DNA of 64,000 nucleotides. Origin: Clostridiales bacterium (GTDB lineage Bacteria; Bacillota; Clostridia; Christensenellales; UBA1242). Below the pieces are notes generated by a model. The model saw only the letters and a program-made list of their open reading frames with translations, had not been told where the DNA came from and ran no database searches. The stretch covers positions 105,188-169,187 of the forward strand of contig SVIR01000001.1 in the NCBI GenBank assembly GCA_015069395.1, in the 5' to 3' direction. The stretch's first letter is position 1. Each line of letters opens with the position of its first letter. Positions 56,901 through 63,511 of this stretch are shown piece by piece. The position numbers were made by a program, and so were the translations under genes.

Positions 56901-59895
56901 TTTGGGATATGGTTATTATTTTGAAAACGAATTTGTTTATTTAAACAATGATCCTAGCACAAACGAAAAGATAGACGTTTTGCTTTCTACTTTCTTGCTT
57001 GATGGAGATAGAAAAAATCAAACAATTTCATTTGTTGTAGAGCCAAAAGAATTAAAACTTTCATTTGATACCAAGATTGATTATGACGATGTGTATGAGG
57101 AAAATAATGGCGTTGGTAGCATAGCGCTTCAATCAGAATCAGGAGAAGATGTAAATAGATATGGTTATGTAAGTGGAACAAGGACACGTTATTCGGAAGA
57201 AAGCTTCAAAGACGGATCTTTGCTTGACGATACAAAATTTGAAGTGATTTCTATTACAGGACAAACAGTTTATATAAAAATCAATGTTTTGAAAGAAGGA
57301 TATCAATTCTATGGCATAAACATTTCAAATGACAGTGTTGTTGCCGAACGAGTGGATGGCGACGATTGTGTAATTTATGTTTTTGATGGTTTGATTGGTG
57401 GAAGTGAGATTGCTATAGAATTTTTATATAAGCCAGATATCAACATTATTGATATTTCTTATAGAAAAAATGACGATATTGTTGAGGCCGGTATCTTTAG
57501 TTACGAATTGGAAGATCAAAACAAAAACAAAGTTTGGTCTTCTGGTGTCGAATATCCAAACATCACAATTTCAGCTTACACGGATACTTGGTTTGAAGTG
57601 AAGGCATATATTCAACTTGGATTCTTTGTAGATCCACAAAATTTGATTATTACAGATTTAAATGGAATAATTGTTATGGGAAGCGTTTCTTATGAGGCTA
57701 TGTCATATCTTGAGACAGGCTTTGTTGGTTGTATAACCTTCACTGTATCAGATTATTTAGGAATAAATCGAATCATAATTGATGTTTCTACATCAAATTA
57801 CAAAGTTTTGCTCAAAGAAAACGAAACGGTTTTAGTTGAATTGGACGACGTTGAGTTTAATGAATTGCTTGATATCACAGAAAACAACAGAAACATCACA
57901 ATTTATGATACCGAAAGAATCTATTATTCTAGTGGAAAGCTTAAACTTGATTTGCCAAAAGAAAACTATAATTTTGAAGGTTTCTTTACACTTCAAAATG
58001 GCGCTGGCGTCAGATATATTGATTCTTCTGGAAACGCTATAAACAGCTGGTTGGAAACGGGTTATGAGCTCAATTCGAAAACATCAAGATATGAATTGAC
58101 CCAAAATGCAGAACTTGTTTATGACCAAGAGAATGGTGAAACTTCAGTAGTAATTTCTCTTTATATATATTGGTCATATCTCAAGACAAGAATTACATTT
58201 GAGATGGTGCCTGCTATCAGAACGAGCGCAACGGCACAAGATATGATTTCAGGAATAGATTGGACAAATTCTTGGTTCTATGGAACTTCTCCAAACTATA
58301 TTGAAATTGCGTTTAACACTGATATTTATATCACGGCTCCAGATATTGAAGGGTATAGATTCTTCAAGTTTGTAATCAGTCAAAAGAATGCAGATGGTGT
58401 ATGGCTTTCAGACGTAACAGCCTATGAAAATCACATTCCTTGGTCAACAAACGAACACGACAGAATTGTTGAATGTAAGATCATTATTGTTTATTTTGTA
58501 AAACTAGACGTTACAATCTTCGGTGGAGAAGGGGTTGTAAATATTATTCAAGAGCATCAAGAGGTTCAGGCTCAATTGATGGTTCAGGACGGATATGTTG
58601 ACACGACTAAACCTTGTGATCTTGAAGCTGTTCCGGCAGATGGTTATGAACTTGTAAGATGGCTCAACTACACAACAGGCAGATATATTTACGAATCTAA
58701 AATTAAAAACGTTTATATAACTGACGATTCAAGATTTCTGTTGACATTGAGAGGTAAGACGGTTGTATTTGATTTTAAAGATTATGATACGACATTTGGT
58801 CAAATAACTCAAATAGTTTCAGAATCGAAAGATAACAGTTACAATTCATACACGCTTGGAAGGTATGTAAATGGTAGATTTGAAAAAGTTTTAAAACAAA
58901 TAAATCTAAAAGTTGGAGACAAAATTACGTTTGTGCTTCAAGTAGATTATGGATTCTCAGTTAAGTGGGACAGAAACGATATTACTTTGGTGGGATATCA
59001 AGGAAACAACATTTATCATTTTGAAATGATTGTTCCTCCTGAAGAAGCTGGAAATACAATAATTGTAAACCCAACTTTCTCAGATCAGCTGCTGTCAATT
59101 TATATTGAAAGAAGTTTTGTTGATTCTGATATAATAGAAGGCGCATTAGACTTCAACAATGTTGATCTTGCGGGAAATATCGCTTACGAAGGCAAATCGG
59201 CCGATTTCTTTGCAGTTGAAAAGGGAAGAAGTGTATCGATGCAAGCCAACACAAATGCTAGATATACAATTTCAAATATATACTTGAAAAATTATGAAAG
59301 AATATTTAGAGATCACGAATTTTTCTGGGAAGGTGATCAAATTGTGTTGAGCACTTCATATTTGTTGGAAAACAACATTATCGGAAATTTAGAAGTTTTT
59401 GTTGAATACGCTAGATTGTTGTGGGAAGACGAAGGTGAGCTTGAAATGTTTGAAGGAGAAGGGTCTTCTAAAAATCCATACATAATTAAGACTGCCGAAG
59501 ATTTGACTCTTATGATGCAACTCATAAATTCTGGAAAAGCAAACGCAGAAGGTGAGTTGTACAGCGAATGCTATTATGTTTTAGCAAACAATATTGAAAT
59601 AGGAGAAAAATTCTGGACTCCTATTGGAACAGGAAGTAATCCATTCAATGGAACTTTTGATTTCAAAGGATATGAAATTAGAGGAATTTATTTATCAATA
59701 GGATTTGACACGATTCACTATAATGGATTATTTGGAATATTGGGTCCTAATGCTAGAATAAAATCAACAGACTCGTCGTTGTGGTATGTTTATTTAATTG
59801 TTGCTGTCGTTGTTTTGCTTTTGATATTGCTTATCGTTTTGATTGTGGTAAACAAGAAACGCAAAAAACGTTTAGAACAATTGTCAAAGAGATAA
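41950..59895 (+). CDS. giant (5981 aa) cell-surface protein with GLUG beta-helix, InlB B-repeat-like, YDG/MBG-like repeats and a C-terminal TM anchor
   Basis: Signal peptide (AHA-E). GLUG motifs NVGGLAG, NVGGLIG and YVGGLFG. GSGTAADPYQIKTA. PTREGYNFAGW-type B-repeats. KVYDG/TIVYDG YDG units and TYG/VYG MBG-like units. C-terminal TM plus KKRKKR. Confidence 0.88.
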   Translation: MKKKLFIFMMLIMGVFCGTLGFFNVQESAHAESPLASTWDGSYEDSLSDVSEGDFINEGQTYYIYSAKGFSYFAYMVRSTGGGYNNFMGKNIYLQTDIDLAGHSWTPIGQDSVAFDGRFYGNGHTVYNLYVNANSGTNVGLFGTLGANAVIDNLHIKNLDISTSGVTNVGGLAGSSQALITRCSTEGSIDASGAKNVGGLIGNVSRTSGEGIDNSFSDVDINVSSSTDLSVGGLAGLYASTTLNTSYASGNIEVSSSEAYVGGLFGHTTGSISITNAYSIGDISISNMSNSRIGGIAGYVESGFRFNVGYYGGAIVEETASTTSRIAGFVGNFGTTSTASTSLRNMLFLGSFNVKTTYAPFYNKTYTASSLTESRVYCSSDYSASGIYYLNELATTESFYSAIRYWGSESEWDFSLEGDWGMNFGKNEGFPYLLGCDNLGNANNDLEHSFVNILEGSGTAADPYQIKTAGDLGWLAFNYESFSSQTEYFALQNDIDLSGRSWYSIGNEEDPFSDVFDGNGFGISGMTCSIQEKNSYHGLFGVAKNAVIKNLNVNNTKFLNEGTGVNSLYGNFVGLVQGNVYFINCISYVDGEGIDENVVVYDNIGGLATGAKIFLYYGRLNTNISMDILTGSFKIPTGISFTTGYDMIVDGTGGQFYATDGSIYLGRYHLLVAENGSVAQTLSSTGKVIDATFGRTALPGLSTNYGIKDVLIMKGFKLLGYRYVHDDSAVSVSSDFTLTGIDVSKNPVKGIYAVWENRGWSEDGIDPDTAMKVKVIYNAYEQYYYTTQDLDYSSDSLWQRDSDGNVYVTYYYEYDSYLGENAALTQVPVYTKSETRVYLRGNDFNIAGLYKTFDRGAFKNSIMDSLGRVFVNDDMTFYAEWEGRADATHQVSVEFLTADGDAGEFNVADVVESLSMYKYYGSAFTNPTAERILSSGQTKIEYDYDAVLSYSKDTYSQFTLEIKEGYSFSNLAQYVYSSKNVLDTNFGLLANSTPKTFVRADGVATFNQAKFYNMVGDYVIKITLQRNIQTFDVATGGGVYFGLSPKIADYSDVAIRKGNEFLRVETLGFNCENLVGYDWINHKLLCSTEARGLGDVTSEYIENDTVYLRYSFSASASRYFSYKLSYNNDGTTTVAMHEVDQNLVEQDWIISLTYSSPNAFKAEYYTDSTFAFIFSTEEDKNIFEKLSPKTGEAENFEMYELLSNADGVTKAYMTFTNLIELKNSYGVRLNVEAVTAYIEALFVFQMVDANGNQIIGSNLPQGNATSINTSQRTTGYFDIRATDYWRPTSVYSIKVSDVNLATEELSQAFETEFNANYSYRLSVEETYYQKGEDIPTYFEQDTLRLDYGFEADAIAPGFYVVKIVCEKVYYSIDYQAKFVDVAFASDQEMFENLVDDETFNGSVSAKVGGSNYASGAETISYDSNILMETVLGDNNAFSLYGWIIIDCTGSFEFLNLRTDTLEFVYYHKNAQTSNKTHKTGNRFNLSVYAVYQKKEVRVSLSNVAIVSDYNGEGYDRTYENGSIGFEIEMSSVDENILDNTFLYQYNQAEKGALGSLYLEKEDLGSAYYFVGFQILYEGSAILVENDIWQYDNLESHAIDLYDEVRNYVENYDSTIMSLNFELVPILKQKTATLYFYSGTGEDNQYGDLENGAVFDALENSTTDNVYIIENVIADQSYYLNYELAVTLNGQEKTVILDDEFFLRTGYDKPNTKYWAYETSEEKTGTLTFSQFVLNDDYFANNDELSPDIHFYRVWSTITYTLTFNENGGTFVGNVQNMIDFEYKRAYSQQAKVSALSSIENPGYALAGWTYNGTLIFDSEGELLDSTILFNEETEYTMPSSLELFASWEQRPYKIKLNFNKANSISVAGEVVEGVDYIEFELDYGSSFENLIYNGETVELSDIVATREGFDFKGIYAYNLIEQQIENETLFLMTIPGVVLSREYALELYTKWTFKENYLSMRFVSNTFNKTVYDGKTRTVDLVTMFDAGNATTTGYIISTTDGLRIQVPETMGVNIRTTVACAGGEVSGYQINVINAKYYLISLTINIADTAEVLNAGSINYSYEFVVEIEKASFASEISVYLSDAAKLSNIKEIMKPFVAASDEILSKTTLETVSTFVQTKEGLTEKTKDEIYEYLMTKYYLMTNTNDGRLYKTYKSWTFADFEAYKVGDVGGFNEAISNTNMFTYYDYENEKTSEEVERYTSLKLVSNSVSEVLNVSIFNVEIIATAESLIANTPAKARLYLSGSGLENYYYNEGERGNYIEIDGAFVLKNILSVSNSSSITSSYYNENESEVAVSWYENIGSVQIANSGETGYQVADNLYLIGDMVTSNAGTKVGNTIYTYYGEENYLLWNNVLLYVQEGEEFRDVTDLFKLIVPHDDSYTILGTEGLMQINVTAMLATITAGTYTESQIQSALARGLLRITKVTYSTGAGISFKNGGALDVEVFYDQGVAVYQIFSNDANSVSIVANKMVESIEVAVSSQFIGDYIGLKTWSSDFNADILEGLAENTSITFNLDFSNESEIVVDANGETYRMDNSSFAELNYYAIYSDLVLARFDYNLPEETTQTTVLQLGVSTDIEHPLVHGLLFKEMKIQRVDGTWVDYTSMFPGGVFKGVNYDFDPTGVTETELLLAKQLRHRSIVLSVTWLPQDIRLDAKEPLEFEYAVGTFTGMNYSDIADIVNLNESIYTYTYTWTNVDTGVVVSQKAQLVLKDYGAYADSGEYSLKISATVNRRYIVSGAISEADSTKSASVNFVLTFNRYKLVGVTLPSDTTIVYDGTDHALDWIIVVQYSEYDNDAEDYSDEVFTQNYNLSVKDGISFKVNGSTKIEMKNVGSYTAEILFNEDAYDLSYIGTFDRNFVCTITPATIDLQEFDIEFSKKFNGEDGILEEEIYGENETIKVEFTREAGEDVDTYDLYFKSNLQTPNNNYNFVYGDTKVFENGVLTAQAATTSVGTFSITATGNLVLSYLVTQENPNVITAPYDANGYTLSFTDGFIFNIFKNGTTYKQISLRLFDEDNNKEISDLDILSLFSSTFVQLEPKFDNGDVLDAAINGGIYEYYIENTPISKYFSAVVFEDDYQFKIDGIEIDVSAFVFEKVYDGSQYQYFTIAGQEISDISTYSGAYVQAQYASMHSGENYRVKLDLTSVNYEGFLGNYTLSNYTALGKITKLSATMDVTLKEASYTYGDVTINDMNEIVNYTITDSEGNDVTDLLVNGYYTLNFSVDGTVNPIGCLYKGDYEMRANGEFQDFVMTINTPRLTIEALTYQLHISKGYKVAEVGDIVEAVYTDQVKIYETGDTLDIEFTVDGLTPGTILTDIGTYFLSLVNNRYANDSIIVELVQDIGGFEVVASTATIYIRIVDESILTKRYNQQAYAISYDATVKTISISNQSTSTSAFETYTKNQEGEEVSVEIEFTDFALLLGRDVEVTEVGDYKLNLTASCVNYSSIVFEKEYYFTISKISVNTVLISTTKTYTGNTNFVEENFAEKLVGDNVTIVIKFDTANVGVNKTGTFYLQGADRSNYELSTSTFNNGIINKAEASIVISNLEHVYGSFFNTDKLQYRVVSGGDYVISDQYTVELAIDDAVYTDRGYLEVGEYSISATTLTSSNYNIEFTTEILKITPYQWDLKLVANGEKTFVFDSEESKIFTFDYTFQSPLFEDVLVTLTREEGISVGFYKVLSGVTTNKNYILTVEDLSARGFVKIIKPEEILYALLSNEETIDATDVSLGVTAEIEYDANVYDQAEVVENKTEAKYYLTFTSSLNENVKKEFELNFYLFDSENDVYNRANAVVEGLETTISILNASTVSNVGTYSLQSSETKSLSYEVRMGKANSLYSFFVSITPRQLYFKEELLSKEFDNKDAIFEYEDANEMLDRIIEGEQVSLDLRFVRAGEVVKYAGTNYDIAGEIFGLDAGNYELNLTTLEGVLVKANIDRANITFIINTQAFIYGEEIALDYSYRTDVDLTGYDESKLYIELRIDASAENYSSSGNLKVGEYSIIHFFGGQDFKIEMFITDNVEYTDNQVVPAKVIVQKKMLDYSAVEGHELQSIFTKVYDGTREVNIADQEGNMFVVLENIVEGDEVNLVTATYASENLGQTIQIDFTLDGADIENYEITPWLFGTIKAIIVSIDFDYPEGIESNVIKNGLKEISKLAFPFMSNTYLTSNSAEANTNSIDNFPTSLTGRTGFSFLYWTLDFSGISNGTQKLTYLDGLANSLSIESTYDGYNYSFRVDNGERTIRLLNALIREDVDNIMGYYYKENDNISFRFQPKWDTNKYRVVVVVSDYKGTSLGQVEVDDEDGETENPIVTTTYTGDFDYGQTVTLTASANEHCFFSGFYINGTYYTGGNPNITSAQIGSNYILLINSVTENMSINVEFVVQKVNLTLDLSTFENASVNSSNFVEQPDGTYKWATNYFDGQSIYLYDIAETINRTGYRLSKLNEVEETEFGTVSVSSFVRSTTNEEVSVAIVPTFDPLGIMVTLDYNYDEITKTLEVTYKEKYSLATDWEENPTREGYNFAGWFDEGGQQVIGDNIVEVVDAHTLTAKWDIKKHSIVLTAENVTISDSSVEFVNEGNVYSASNIDYGTTITFKVTPVSGYQIASNWSSDFTVVVNEDRSADVEVLLMSDITYTIPVETRKNIVTLIGENIETFEVFEIVGESQTTITLAENAFEIDTSKVFKVVVTPKLGYLIIDSIEISDETGISVENKLLEGNVLTFEVVGVFQDIEISFETEIQMNDVTVVFDKNEAIEWIMYDDLIYNNIEELTSFNVASSFEFYLSFNHGYAFNNAHAELFSIVSQEKMESGSLIGKYKIVVEDIYSDGTINITTKKAQYTLTVEVVSYDENKNVVEEPNNKAFVNGYATITKDYQTVVELTYELAPLYSFVGWSRDGIFAFDASEKLNYAIVGDETIYAIFSTLKFTITFESLSYYKVNTELGEDYEKDVYVSIKGSYLDKETSENLEMIEIYYGSDKEIVFEVPEGYTYLGYGYYFENEFVYLNNDPSTNEKIDVLLSTFLLDGDRKNQTISFVVEPKELKLSFDTKIDYDDVYEENNGVGSIALQSESGEDVNRYGYVSGTRTRYSEESFKDGSLLDDTKFEVISITGQTVYIKINVLKEGYQFYGINISNDSVVAERVDGDDCVIYVFDGLIGGSEIAIEFLYKPDINIIDISYRKNDDIVEAGIFSYELEDQNKNKVWSSGVEYPNITISAYTDTWFEVKAYIQLGFFVDPQNLIITDLNGIIVMGSVSYEAMSYLETGFVGCITFTVSDYLGINRIIIDVSTSNYKVLLKENETVLVELDDVEFNELLDITENNRNITIYDTERIYYSSGKLKLDLPKENYNFEGFFTLQNGAGVRYIDSSGNAINSWLETGYELNSKTSRYELTQNAELVYDQENGETSVVISLYIYWSYLKTRITFEMVPAIRTSATAQDMISGIDWTNSWFYGTSPNYIEIAFNTDIYITAPDIEGYRFFKFVISQKNADGVWLSDVTAYENHIPWSTNEHDRIVECKIIIVYFVKLDVTIFGGEGVVNIIQEHQEVQAQLMVQDGYVDTTKPCDLEAVPADGYELVRWLNYTTGRYIYESKIKNVYITDDSRFLLTLRGKTVVFDFKDYDTTFGQITQIVSESKDNSYNSYTLGRYVNGRFEKVLKQINLKVGDKITFVLQVDYGFSVKWDRNDITLVGYQGNNIYHFEMIVPPEEAGNTIIVNPTFSDQLLSIYIERSFVDSDIIEGALDFNNVDLAGNIAYEGKSADFFAVEKGRSVSMQANTNARYTISNIYLKNYERIFRDHEFFWEGDQIVLSTSYLLENNIIGNLEVFVEYARLLWEDEGELEMFEGEGSSKNPYIIKTAEDLTLMMQLINSGKANAEGELYSECYYVLANNIEIGEKFWTPIGTGSNPFNGTFDFKGYEIRGIYLSIGFDTIHYNGLFGILGPNARIKSTDSSLWYVYLIVAVVVLLLILLIVLIVVNKKRKKRLEQLSKR

Positions 59896-59938
59896 ATAAT
59901 TTTTGGCTAGTCCAAATATAATAAAGCAAGGAGTATAA

Positions 59939-60685
59939 ATGTTTCTTGCTTTATTTTTTTTAGGTTTTGTGCAAGGGTTGACGGAGTTCTTGCCGGTTTC
60001 TTCTTCTGGACACTTGGTTTTATTTTCAAAAGTTTTCGGAATAGAAGAAAGTCTTTTTGTTAGCATAATTTTGCACGTTGCGACGTTGTTATCTGTGGTG
60101 GTTGTTTTGAGAAAAGAGGTGTGGCATATTATTAGGCACCCATTTTCTAAAGAATCAATGCAACTGATAATGGCCACGATTCCAACTTGCATTATTGCAT
60201 TGATTTTTATGCCGATATTAAAAGATTCGTTTAATGGAGTTTTGTTGCCATTATGTTTTTTGATTTCTGCAATTTTATTGATGTTTTCCCAAAGAGTAAA
60301 AAATGGAAATAAATTTGATTATAAAACGGCGTTGTTTATGGGAATAGCGCAAGGTTTTGCGATTTTTCCTGGGCTTTCTCGTTCTGGAACCACTATCAGT
60401 GCAGGGTTGTTAAGCAAAGGGGAAAGAGAAAAAGTTACCAAATTTTCGTTCATAATGAGTTTGCCAATAATCGTGCTTTCTCTGATTTTGGAGTTATATG
60501 AAATTTTTGTGGTGGGGGAATCGATAACTATTCAGTTTTGGCCAATGATTATTTCGTTTTTGACTGCATTTGTAACAGGGGTTTTTGCAATCAAGTTTAT
60601 GATAAAGGCAACTGCTAAAGCAAATCTAACTTGGTTTGCTTTGTATCTGGTATTGATAGCAATTATTTCGCTTTTTATCCTTTAA
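59939..60685 (+). CDS. uppP: undecaprenyl-diphosphatase (BacA)
   Basis: QGLTEFLPVSSSGH and AQGFAIFPGLSRSGTTI. Confidence 0.96.
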   Translation: MFLALFFLGFVQGLTEFLPVSSSGHLVLFSKVFGIEESLFVSIILHVATLLSVVVVLRKEVWHIIRHPFSKESMQLIMATIPTCIIALIFMPILKDSFNGVLLPLCFLISAILLMFSQRVKNGNKFDYKTALFMGIAQGFAIFPGLSRSGTTISAGLLSKGEREKVTKFSFIMSLPIIVLSLILELYEIFVVGESITIQFWPMIISFLTAFVTGVFAIKFMIKATAKANLTWFALYLVLIAIISLFIL

Positions 60686-60745
60686 TTTTTGTCGAAAATT
60701 CATATCAAATGTTTTTGAAGTAATATAATATGGCAGGAGTGTCCT

Positions 60746-63358
60746 GTGGAAAGTTATCATAGATTATCTGTTTCGGAAAGTTTAGCAAAAATAGATTCCC
60801 AAAAGGAAGGATTGTCACAAAAAGAGGTAGATATTCGGCTGCCTCAAAGTCAAAAAATGCAAATCAAAGACTCAAAGAGGCAATCTTTTTTATCCAAGTT
60901 TTGGGCTCAGATAAAAGAGCTTATGGTTCTGGTGTTGCTTATCTCTGGTATAGTGTCAATTGTTATTGGAATTGCAGAAAAAACTAGTGAGGAAATCGTT
61001 GACGGCGCAATTATTTTAGGAATAGTCGTTATGAATGCTCTTTTTGGCGTATATCAAGAGAGAAAAAGTGAAAAGGCGATTGATAGTTTGAAAAAACTAA
61101 CGCAACCAGAGGCAAGTGTTTTGAGAGAAGGAAAAATTTTCAAAATAAAAACAAACGAATTAGTTTATGGGGATATCGTTTGTTTGAATTCAGGTAGTAT
61201 TGTTCCTGCAGATTTGAGGCTTATTGAAACATCAAATATAAAAATAAACGAAGCTTCATTGACAGGCGAAAGTGAAGCAGTTGAAAAGGTTGCTGAATAT
61301 ATTTATGCAAAAGAAGTTGGTTTAGGAGACAGAAGAAATATGGCTTATGCAGGCAGTGTTGTAGAAAACGGGCACGCAAAGGGTGTTGTTGTGGCATTGG
61401 GCACTGAGACCGAAATTGGTAAAATTGCAGAGAGTCTAAAAGAAACAAAAAAAGATCTTACTCCTCTGCAGAAAAATATTCAAGGGGTGGGCAAAATTTT
61501 GACTTATCTAATTTTGCTTGCGGCGACCGTAACTTTTGTTTTGGAAGTTATAAGCAATCCCAATGAAATCTTGCAGGCATTTTTGACGGCAGTTGCGATT
61601 TCGGTTGCAGCCATTCCTGAAAGTATGCCTGCAGTCATAACGATAATTATGAGCTTGGGAATGGCAAAACTTTCTAAGCAAAAAGCTATAGTAAAACAAA
61701 TGCATGCCATTGAAACTTTGGGGGCTTGTGATGTAATTTGTTCGGATAAAACGGGGACGATTACTCAAAATAAAATGAAAGTCACAGATTTTTTTGCTTT
61801 TTTTGATAAAAATAGCGCAAATTTTGATGTGTTTTTAAAAATTATGGTTTTGTGTAACGATGCTCAGCTTGGAGAGAATGGTGTTGTCGGGGGTTCAACA
61901 GAAGTTGCACTGGTTGAATTTGCCAATCAATATGAGTACAACAAATTTGACTTAGAAAAAAAATATTTGCGCATAGACGAAATGCCGTTTAATTCTCAAA
62001 AGAAAATGATGTCTACGCTCAATATTGTTGATGGGGAAAAGATAGTTTTTGTAAAGGGTGCTTTAGATAGAGTTTTGGTTAGATGCAAATATTATCTAAA
62101 AAATGACAAAGTTGAAGAGTTGGACGAGAAAACAAAACAAAAGATTTTAAAAGAGAATCAAAAACTTTGTAACAGGGCATTAAGAGTTATTAGTTTTGCA
62201 TATAAAGAAAGTGAAGTTTTGGACGAAGAAGACTTGATTTTTGCTGGTCTTTGTGGATTGCAAGATCCTCCTCGTCCGGAGATTTTTGAAGCTGTAAAGT
62301 CTTGCCGTAGTGCAGGTATGAGACCGATAATGATTACGGGGGACTACAAAGATACGGCTTTTGCAATTGCGAAAGAGGTCGGCATAGCGAAAAATTTGAA
62401 TGAGGTTATTTCTGGGGAAGAAATAGACTTGCTTTCGGACGAAGAATTTTTGAAAGTTGTGGAGAAGAAAAATATTTTTGCTAGAGTAAGTCCGGCACAC
62501 AAAGTTAGGATAGTTTCAGCCTTAAAAGAAAGAGGACATATTGTCGCTATGACTGGTGATGGAGTTAATGATGCCCCAAGCTTGAAAAAGGCTGACATTG
62601 GAATTGGAATGGGAAAAACCGGAACCGATGTGACAAAAGATGTTGCAGATATTATTGTTACAGACGACAATTTTGCGACGATAGTAGTCGCAGTTAAAGA
62701 AGGTCGAAAAATTTATGGAAATATTCAAAAAACGATAAAATATCTTTTTTCTGCAAATATGGCAGAGATTTTGGCTTTGTTTTTTGTGACTATTTTATTT
62801 CCGGGAAAAACATTTTTGTTGCCAGTTCAAATTTTGTTTGTAAATTTGATAACTGATTCTCTTCCAGCAATCGCACTTGGTGTAGAGCCTATTGAAAAAT
62901 CTACAATGCTTGAAAAACCGAGAAGCAAAAAAGATACGTTGTTTTCAAACGGGGTGGGTATAAGTATTACTGTATTGGGCACAATTCAAACATTGCTTAC
63001 GATGGGAGCATATCTTTTTGGTATGTTTCTTTATAATGATGCTATTGCAATAACCATGGCGTTTTATACACTCAATCTCATTCAACTTTTCTATATGTTT
63101 ACAGCAAGAACAAAAGAAAGTTGTTTTAAAAGCAATCCGTTCAAAAACAAGTTTTTTACACTGTCTTTAATAGTTGGGTTTGGGTTATTGTTTTTAATGA
63201 TGTTTACGGAACTCGGCAATCTTTTGCAGTTGCAACCTCTTAATTTTACTTGTTGGGCTGTTGTTTTTGCTTTATCAATTTCAATTATATTTATTGGAGA
63301 GATTTACAAACTTTGCGAAAAGAAGTTTTTAAAAATAAAAGAAAAATACAAAAAATAG
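60746..63358 (+). CDS. P-type IIA cation (Ca2+) transporting ATPase
   Basis: LTGES, VAAIPE, phosphorylation site ICSDKTGT, KGA, MITGD, TGDGVNDAP and NLITDSLPA. Confidence 0.93.
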   Translation: MESYHRLSVSESLAKIDSQKEGLSQKEVDIRLPQSQKMQIKDSKRQSFLSKFWAQIKELMVLVLLISGIVSIVIGIAEKTSEEIVDGAIILGIVVMNALFGVYQERKSEKAIDSLKKLTQPEASVLREGKIFKIKTNELVYGDIVCLNSGSIVPADLRLIETSNIKINEASLTGESEAVEKVAEYIYAKEVGLGDRRNMAYAGSVVENGHAKGVVVALGTETEIGKIAESLKETKKDLTPLQKNIQGVGKILTYLILLAATVTFVLEVISNPNEILQAFLTAVAISVAAIPESMPAVITIIMSLGMAKLSKQKAIVKQMHAIETLGACDVICSDKTGTITQNKMKVTDFFAFFDKNSANFDVFLKIMVLCNDAQLGENGVVGGSTEVALVEFANQYEYNKFDLEKKYLRIDEMPFNSQKKMMSTLNIVDGEKIVFVKGALDRVLVRCKYYLKNDKVEELDEKTKQKILKENQKLCNRALRVISFAYKESEVLDEEDLIFAGLCGLQDPPRPEIFEAVKSCRSAGMRPIMITGDYKDTAFAIAKEVGIAKNLNEVISGEEIDLLSDEEFLKVVEKKNIFARVSPAHKVRIVSALKERGHIVAMTGDGVNDAPSLKKADIGIGMGKTGTDVTKDVADIIVTDDNFATIVVAVKEGRKIYGNIQKTIKYLFSANMAEILALFFVTILFPGKTFLLPVQILFVNLITDSLPAIALGVEPIEKSTMLEKPRSKKDTLFSNGVGISITVLGTIQTLLTMGAYLFGMFLYNDAIAITMAFYTLNLIQLFYMFTARTKESCFKSNPFKNKFFTLSLIVGFGLLFLMMFTELGNLLQLQPLNFTCWAVVFALSISIIFIGEIYKLCEKKFLKIKEKYKK

Positions 63359-63373
63359 CGATTTTCAACGCTG

Positions 63374-63430
63374 TTTTTTAATAATTTTTAATAATTTTTT
63401 AAACTTTTTAATAATTTTTTATTAATTTTT
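63374..63430. repeat. short AT-rich direct repeats (TTTTTAATAA-like, about 4-5 imperfect copies)
   Basis: tttttaataa-tttttaataa-ttttttaaac-tttttaataa-ttttttattaa directly after the terminator hairpin tagcg..cgctg. Confidence 0.45.
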
Positions 63431-63511
63431 CAAAAATAAAAGCAATAAAAAACCAATAAAAATGTTAAAAAAGTATTTACGTTTTATAGATTTTTGTGAT
63501 AATATAATATT

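Noticed and set aside
21810-59525. Numerous 60-120 aa antisense or alternate-frame ORFs inside long genes
   Set aside because: They are fully nested in well-supported CDSs, show no motifs and are expected by chance.
59760-59895. Sortase LPxTG anchor on the 5981-aa protein
   Set aside because: No LPxTG-like motif precedes the TM helix.
63374-63430. CRISPR array or replication-origin repeats
   Set aside because: These are low-complexity 10-bp AT repeats without spacers, cas genes or clear DnaA boxes.
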